Below, piece after piece: positions 18,612 to 24,000 of a stretch of 24,000 nucleotides of DNA. Made by a program: the position numbers and the translations under genes. Within the stretch, counting starts at the first letter, position 1. Every line of letters begins with the position of its first letter. Below the pieces are notes generated by a model. That model was given only the letters and a program-made list of their open reading frames with translations. It did no database searches and was not told the DNA's origin. The stretch is from Mycoplasma sp. (GTDB taxonomy: Bacteria; Bacillota_I; Bacilli_A; Mycoplasmatales; Mycoplasmoidaceae), in contig CP091280.1 in NCBI GenBank assembly GCA_029203615.1, positions 160,697 through 184,696 on the forward strand, written 5' to 3'.

Positions 18612-19459
18612 AAGTTGTTTATATTTTCAATGACTTGATCAATTTCTAATGAAAGGTTAACTCTTTCATCCTTTGCTTTTAAGTTTTTACTTAACTCTAA
18701 AGCAAACGGCAGATTTAATTTATTGTTAGCTAGAAATTCTTCGTTTTCAAATACGGTTTTAGGTTCATCTAATTTTTGCAGTGTTCCATTCTTAATCACC
18801 ATAACTAAATCAGCATTAAGCATCTCTTCCATGTTATGGGTAATTGAAATAATGGTTTTATGGTATTTTTGTCGCAAAGTAACCATTAATTCCATCAGTT
18901 CAGTCTTAGCTGTTGGATCAAGCATTGATGTACTTTCATCAAAAATAATGACTTTTGGATTTAAAGCTAAAACACTAGCAATTGCTACTCGTTGTTTTTG
19001 TCCACCCGAAAGTCTTCCAGCATTTAAACCTAATAGATGTTTCACATTAACGATACTAGAAGCGTTTTCAATAATTGCATACATCATCGTTGGATTAATC
19101 TTATGGTTTTCTAACCCAAAAGCAATATCGTCTTCAGCTGTTAAACCAATAAATTGGTTATCGGGGTTTTGAAAAACAATCCCAATATCATTACGAATAC
19201 TTTTAACTGTATAGTTATCCAAAACAGTATTAAAAATTTGGATTTGTCCACTTCATGGTTTTAATAAACCAACTAGTAATTTACTAATAGTTGATTTCCC
19301 ACTACCATTACCACCAACAATACAAATGTATTTGCCGGTGGGAATTTCAAAGCTAATTTTGTTAATGGTTGGAACATTCATTCCTTGTTCATAACCAAAA
19401 ACAACGTCTTTAAAACGTACAGCAATTGGAACATTTTTTTCTGTTGATGGACTTGACAT
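18602..19459 (-). CDS. ecfA1: ECF transporter ATPase component EcfA1
   Basis: Track ORFs 19253..19459 and 18602..19222 are in the same frame, joined through TGA 19253-19255 (LLKPWSGQIQIF). Walker A GGNGSGKST, then IGIVFQNPDNQF, signature LSGGQKQRVAIAS, Walker B IIFDESTSMLD. Confidence 0.9.
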
Positions 19460-19506
19460 AATCTAACAGTTAAAATAATTATAATTTATATAAATAAAAA
19501 TTATCT

Positions 19507-21033
19507 ATGCGTAATAAAGTTTTACTAACCATTTTAGATGGTGTGGGATATAGTCCAAAAGTTGAAGGTAATGCTGTTTATTTAGCTAAAACCCCTAATT
19601 TAGATAAATTAATGCAAATTTATCCCCATGAATTAATTAGTGCTAGTGGGAAAGATGTTGGTCTTCCAGCTGGACAAATGGGAAATAGTGAAGTTGGTCA
19701 CTTAAATATTGGAGCTGGAAGAATTGTTTACACTGGTTTAAGTTTAATTAACAAAGCCATTGAAGACAAAGTTTATGCCTCTAATCCAGCATTTAATAAT
19801 GCTTTTAAATGAGCAAAAGAACATAAATCGAAATTACATATTATGGGTTTAGTTTCCCACGGAGGAGTGCATTCAGATTACCAACATATTACCGAATTAT
19901 TAAAAGCTGCAAATCAATTTGGGCTTGAACCAATTATGCATATTTTTACTGATGGACGAGATGTTGATCCGCATGCATTTGAAAAAGACCTAGTGGACTT
20001 TATAAAAGTATGTAAGAAATATCAAGTTAAAATTGCTTCAATTTCTGGTCGATATTACGCGATGGATCGAGACCAAAGATGGGAACGAATTGAACAAGCT
20101 TATGAAACTATTCTAGGTCGTAGTAAACAAAAATTTGAAGATTTAGCAAAGTATGTAGAAAACTCATATAAAAACAACATTACTGATGAGTTTATTATTC
20201 CAGCAATGAATGGAAGATATGAACCAAAAAACATTGTTTTAAGTGATAATGATGCAGTAATTTTTGCTAATTTTAGACCAGACCGAGCAAGACAATTAAC
20301 CCACTGCATTATTGGTAGTAGCTATTATGAATACAAACCAAAAATTACTTTAAAAAACATTTATATGGTGACTATGTCACAATACGAAGGTCTTCATCCA
20401 AATGATGTTGCTTTCATGCCAATGAAACTAAATAATGTTTTAGGCGAAGTAATTGAAAAAAATAACATGAGTCAATTGCGGATTAGTGAAACTGAAAAAT
20501 ATGCCCATGTTACTTTCTTTTTTGATGGCGGAAAAGAAATTGACTATAAAAATGAAAAGAAAATTTTAATTCCAAGTCCTAAAGTAGCAACATATGATTT
20601 AAAACCAAGTATGAGTGCTAACGAAATTACCGATAATTTAGTGGCTAATTTAGGTAAATTTGATGTTATTATTGTTAACTATGCCAATGGTGATATGGTT
20701 GGGCATACTGGTAATTTAGAAGCTTCAATTAAAGCAGTTGAATCATTAGATGTCCAAATTGGTCGACTATATGAAAAATGTCAAGAATTAGGGGTAACAA
20801 TGTTTATTATTGCTGATCATGGTAATGTTGAAAAAATGTTAACCGAAGATCATAAACCAGTAACTAAACATACAACAAATCCAGTATGATTTATCTTAAC
20901 TGATGATAACTACGAAATTGCTAAACATGGTAAGTTAGCTAATATTGCTCCAAGTATTCTTTCATATCTAAATGTGAATATTCCATTAGATATGAATGAA
21001 AAACCAATAATTAGTTTAAAAAATGGCAAGTAA
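19507..21033 (+). CDS. gpmI: 2,3-bisphosphoglycerate-independent phosphoglycerate mutase (508 aa)
   Basis: Frame 1 runs from ATG 19507 to TAA 21031-21033 through TGA 19810-19812 and 20887-20889. Motifs ILDGVGYS, GNSEVGHLNIGAGR, NYANGDMVGHTG and ADHGN. Confidence 0.92.
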
Positions 21034-21784
21034 TTTAATTACTTCTAAAGATAATAAACAAATTAAGTTTGTTCACAAGCTATTTTTAGATAGTAAATAC
21101 CGTAATTCAAGTAATTGTTTTGTTGCTGAGAGTGTTCGGGTTGTTAATGCTTTTATTAATCAAGGATTTAACTTAAAAGCGTTAATCATTAATCATCAAA
21201 GTAAATTTCTTAACCAATACAAGAAATATGAAGAACTAATAACTTTAGTTAATCAAGAAGTTTATCACCATTTAAGCCAATTACAAAATGGTGATGGAAT
21301 CATTGGGGTTTTTAGTTTTAAAAAACAAACTGTTAATGATAATGCACAAAAAATTATTGTGCTAGACAGTATTCAAGATCCAAACAACTTAGGCGCAATT
21401 TTAAGAAGTGCTAAAGCTTTTAATGTGGATCAAATTTACTTAGTTAATAATTGTGTTGATCTTTTTAACTTTAAAGTCATTAAAGCCTCAATGGGTTATG
21501 GTTATGATATTCCCATTAAACATGAAACTAACCTTGAATATTTAATTAACAAATTAAAACAAAATAAAATTAAAGTTTATGCCACAGGAATTAATAAGCA
21601 AGCTAAAAGTATAAAAGTTGTTGATTTTAATCACCCGACAGCGATTATCTTTGGTAATGAAGGTAATGGTTTAAAAAAACAAGTTTTTGATTTAGTTGAT
21701 CAAACAATCTTTATCCCGATTAATTCAGCTGTAGATTCACTTAATTTAGCGATTGCTGTTAGTGTTATTTTAAGTCAAATGTAA
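21023..21784 (+). CDS. TrmH/SpoU-family RNA 2'-O-methyltransferase (RlmB-like, 253 aa)
   Basis: SPOUT motifs NLGAILRSA, IFGNEGNGL and IPINSAVDSLNLAIAVSVIL. ATG 21023 overlaps the gpmI 3' end by 11 nt. Confidence 0.85.
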   Translation: MASNLITSKDNKQIKFVHKLFLDSKYRNSSNCFVAESVRVVNAFINQGFNLKALIINHQSKFLNQYKKYEELITLVNQEVYHHLSQLQNGDGIIGVFSFKKQTVNDNAQKIIVLDSIQDPNNLGAILRSAKAFNVDQIYLVNNCVDLFNFKVIKASMGYGYDIPIKHETNLEYLINKLKQNKIKVYATGINKQAKSIKVVDFNHPTAIIFGNEGNGLKKQVFDLVDQTIFIPINSAVDSLNLAIAVSVILSQM

Positions 21785-21786
21785 TT

Positions 21787-22728
21787 ATGAATAAATTAGT
21801 TGTTAAAGATAATGATGTTAACTGACGAATTGATAAATTCATTCGAAAAGTTTATCCATCTTTAAAACTAAGTGAAGTTTATAAATTTTTAAGAAACAAA
21901 AAGATTAAAGTTAACAATAAAAAAGTAAGACCGGATTACCGATTAAACTTAAATGATGAAATAACTTGTTATTTCAATGCTGAAGTTTATACTAAACAAG
22001 TTGAAACTAAAGATTTAAAACAAGAATTTAGTGTGATCTATGAAGATAAAAACATTCTTGTTGTTTATAAACCAGCTGGATTGGTTGTTCATATTGATCA
22101 CGAAAAAACGACTAATACCTTAATTAATCAAGTCCTTAATTATTTAATTAGTAAGAATGAATATGATCCTAAATTAGAACAATCATTTGCTCCTAGTTTA
22201 GTGAACCGGATTGATCGGAATACTGCTGGACTTGTGATGATTGCTAAAAATCGTAAAAGTCTTGATATCTTAAATGAAAAAATTAAGCTTCATGAGATTA
22301 ATAAAACTTATTTAGCCAAAGTTTATGGCATTATCGATCCTAAACAAGCAATTAAAAAAGCTTTTTTAACTAAATTTAGTGATAAGAATCAAGTATTAAT
22401 TACTCCTAAACCAATTAACCCTAATTCCAAAGAAATTATTACCGAATATAAGTTAATTGAACATAAGCAAAACCAAAGCTTAATTGAAATTAATTTAATT
22501 ACGGGAAGAACGCACCAAATAAGAGCTCATTTTAATTACTTAGGTTATCCACTAGTTGGTGAACAAAAATACACTAAGAATGAATTTAAACATTTATCAA
22601 AAAGAAAATATCAAGCCTTAGTTGCTTTTCAAATTCAATTTAACTTTAAATCTTCAGCTGATATTTTAGATTATTTAAATCATAAGGTAATTACCTTACC
22701 TAACGAAATAATTGCTAAAATTTTATAA
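21787..22728 (+). CDS. RluA-family (RluC/RluD-like) pseudouridine synthase with N-terminal S4 domain (313 aa)
   Basis: ATG 21787 sits 2 nt after the previous stop. Frame 1 passes through TGA 21823-21825 into track ORF 22033..22728. Motifs VNRIDRNTAGLVMIAK, KTYLAKV and GRTHQIRAHF. Confidence 0.88.
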
Positions 22729-22738
22729 ACAATTTCGT

Positions 22739-23404
22739 ATGGTTAAAAAGCATAAAAAACCAATTTTAATTTGTGTTAGTGGTGGAACAGCTAGTGGAAA
22801 AACTACGGCTGCTAAATTAATTCTTTCTAACTTACCTAAATCAGTCAAAACAGTGATGATTTGTATGGATAACTTTTATAAGGATATTAGTTATTTAGAT
22901 AATTCGATTAAATTAACTAATACTAAAAATTCAAACATCCAAAGAATTAATTATGACCACCCTTATGCTTTTGATTGACAATTAATTACTAATACGTTAA
23001 AAGACTTGTTAAAAAGAAAAACAGTTCAAATTCCTAACTATGATTATGTAACTGGTAAACGTTTAAAACAAACAAAAACTATTAAACCAGCTGATGTGAT
23101 TATCTTTGAAGGAATTTTAGCAATTCATAATCCTGATATTAATAATTTATCAGCCATTAAAATCTTTGTTGAATCTCCTGATGATGAACGATTTATTCGA
23201 AGGTTTTTACGTGATAAATGTGAATTAAAAAGAACTGATGAAGAAATTATTAATCGTTGACGAAAATTGGTTCAACCAATGTATAAACAATTTTGTCAAC
23301 AGCAACGAGCTGATGCTGATTTAATTATTCCGTGATTTAACCAAAACGATGTTGCCATTGAACTATTAAAATCAGCTTTGACAATGCGAGTCTTACACCG
23401 ATAA
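22739..23404 (+). CDS. udk: Uridine kinase (221 aa)
   Basis: ATG 22739 gives MVKKHKKPILICVSGGTASGKTT (P-loop). Frame 2 continues through TGA at 22976, 23258 and 23333 to TAA 23402-23404. Motifs NYDHPYAFD and IIFEGILA. Confidence 0.88.
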
Positions 23405-23408
23405 ATTC

Positions 23409-24000
23409 ATGCGTAGTTATTTTCAATATTTAGGAGTTATTGCACTAAAGCGTCCATCGATTTGGATTACTTTTGCTTTATATTGAATTTATACGATCAT
23501 CTTATTATTTCTTGTCCCGATATTAAGTGGGATTGGTCCAATTGCCGTATGAAGTAATACTTTATTTAATTTACAAAGTAACTTCATTATGATTCTTGGC
23601 GTTGCTATTGCTTTATTAGTAGGAACAATTTTCCGTAAAAGTATTGAAGATCAAAGTGAATTATTAGTTATTTCTAAACCAATTAAAAGATGAAAAATTA
23701 ATACGATTAAATTTATTTGGGTTTTAATTATGACTAGCATCCTTATTTTTGGTTGTTGAATCATAATTGCCTTAACGCCAATATTAGGACAATACGATCC
23801 ATTAAATAATGAAAAAGGAATTCCGTTTGATAAGATTTTCCCTTTAATGTTAGCAATGACTTTAGCTGGATATGTCATTAGCTTTTTGTTTTCTTCAATC
23901 GCAATATTCTTATCATTAATTGCCAACCGTATTCAAATTATTATTACCCTAATAACCATTAATGTGGTTTTTTCAGTTTATAACAGTGTTAGCACACTAG
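23409..24000 (+). CDS. Integral membrane protein, ABC-2-type transporter permease-like, 3'-partial
   Basis: Frame 3 runs from ATG 23409 and stays open to the window end with in-frame TGA. Several TM segments are present. The EDQSELLVISKPIKRWK segment resembles the E..ELL...P(I/V).R motif of ABC-2 permeases. The functional call is tentative. Confidence 0.55.

Noticed and set aside
18602-21033. Short gene overlaps (ecfA1/ecfA2 10 nt, gpmI/TrmH 11 nt, mraZ/rsmH ~17-20 nt) considered as possible programmed frameshift or fusion sites.
   Set aside because: Each downstream gene has its own ATG and a full-length family-typical N-terminus. Such overlaps are normal translational coupling in compact genomes.
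1016-23260. Reading the many short adjacent same-frame ORFs in the track as pseudogene fragments: ABC ATPase, permeases, pepA, gpmI, udk, ecfT, ecfA1 and the LRR genes.
   Set aside because: Every break is a TGA, the flanking pieces share a frame, no TAA/TAG intervenes (checked codon by codon for most genes), and conserved motifs continue across the breaks. This is code 4, not gene decay.
1048-23926. Antisense or out-of-frame track ORFs: 1048..1278(-), 1420..1785(-), 6000..6206(-), 6951..7265(-), 8134..8349(-), 8685..8903(-), 11248..11529(+), 11770..12012(+), 14072..14257(+), 14525..14722(+), 17935..18303(+), 18723..19172(+), 20100..20309(-), 23651..23926(-), 9668..9856(+).
   Set aside because: All lie fully inside well-supported genes on the other strand or in another frame. 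They have low-complexity or odd composition and no recognisable motifs, so they are shadow ORFs typical of AT-rich DNA.
1-24000. Search for CRISPR arrays, tRNA/rRNA genes, riboswitch-like leaders, toxin-antitoxin pairs and defence-system signatures.
   Set aside because: No spaced direct repeats, no GC-rich cloverleaf-like or rRNA-like segments, and no long structured leaders were seen. Intergenic gaps are 1-156 nt and are accounted for by terminators and promoters. No nuclease, helicase or methylase-type accessory genes are present. This is visual inspection only and cannot exclude small ncRNAs.

Overview
AT-rich Mollicutes (Mycoplasma-type) chromosomal segment that has to be read with genetic code 4 (TGA = Trp). 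15 of the 20 CDS called here carry in-frame TGA inside conserved domains, which is why the supplied standard-code ORF track is fragmented. Layout: (+) 1-5812 is a CUT2/BMP-type ABC importer operon (tandem-domain ATPase plus two permeases); the ATPase and the first permease carry very long Lys-rich non-transporter extensions. (+) 5914-10335 is an accessory-looking pair of BspA-like leucine-rich-repeat surface proteins that share a signal peptide and a GlyGly-TM-basic C-terminal anchor. The second is preceded by a T19 homopolymer abutting its -10 box, a candidate phase-variation switch. (-) 10365-14129 is a minimal dcw cluster, mraZ-rsmH-(ftsA-position ORF)-ftsZ, with a three-repeat MraZ operator. 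(-) 14275-19459 holds a small TM protein, pepA, truA and ecfT-ecfA2-ecfA1. (+) 19507-24000 holds gpmI, a TrmH-family methyltransferase, an RluA-family pseudouridine synthase, udk and a 3'-truncated ABC-2-like permease. No rRNA, tRNA, CRISPR, IS/transposase, integrase or recognisable defence gene was seen. Most of the window is housekeeping. The only candidates for something new are the surface-protein locus with its switch-like upstream region and the unusually extended ABC transporter; neither can be proven from sequence alone.
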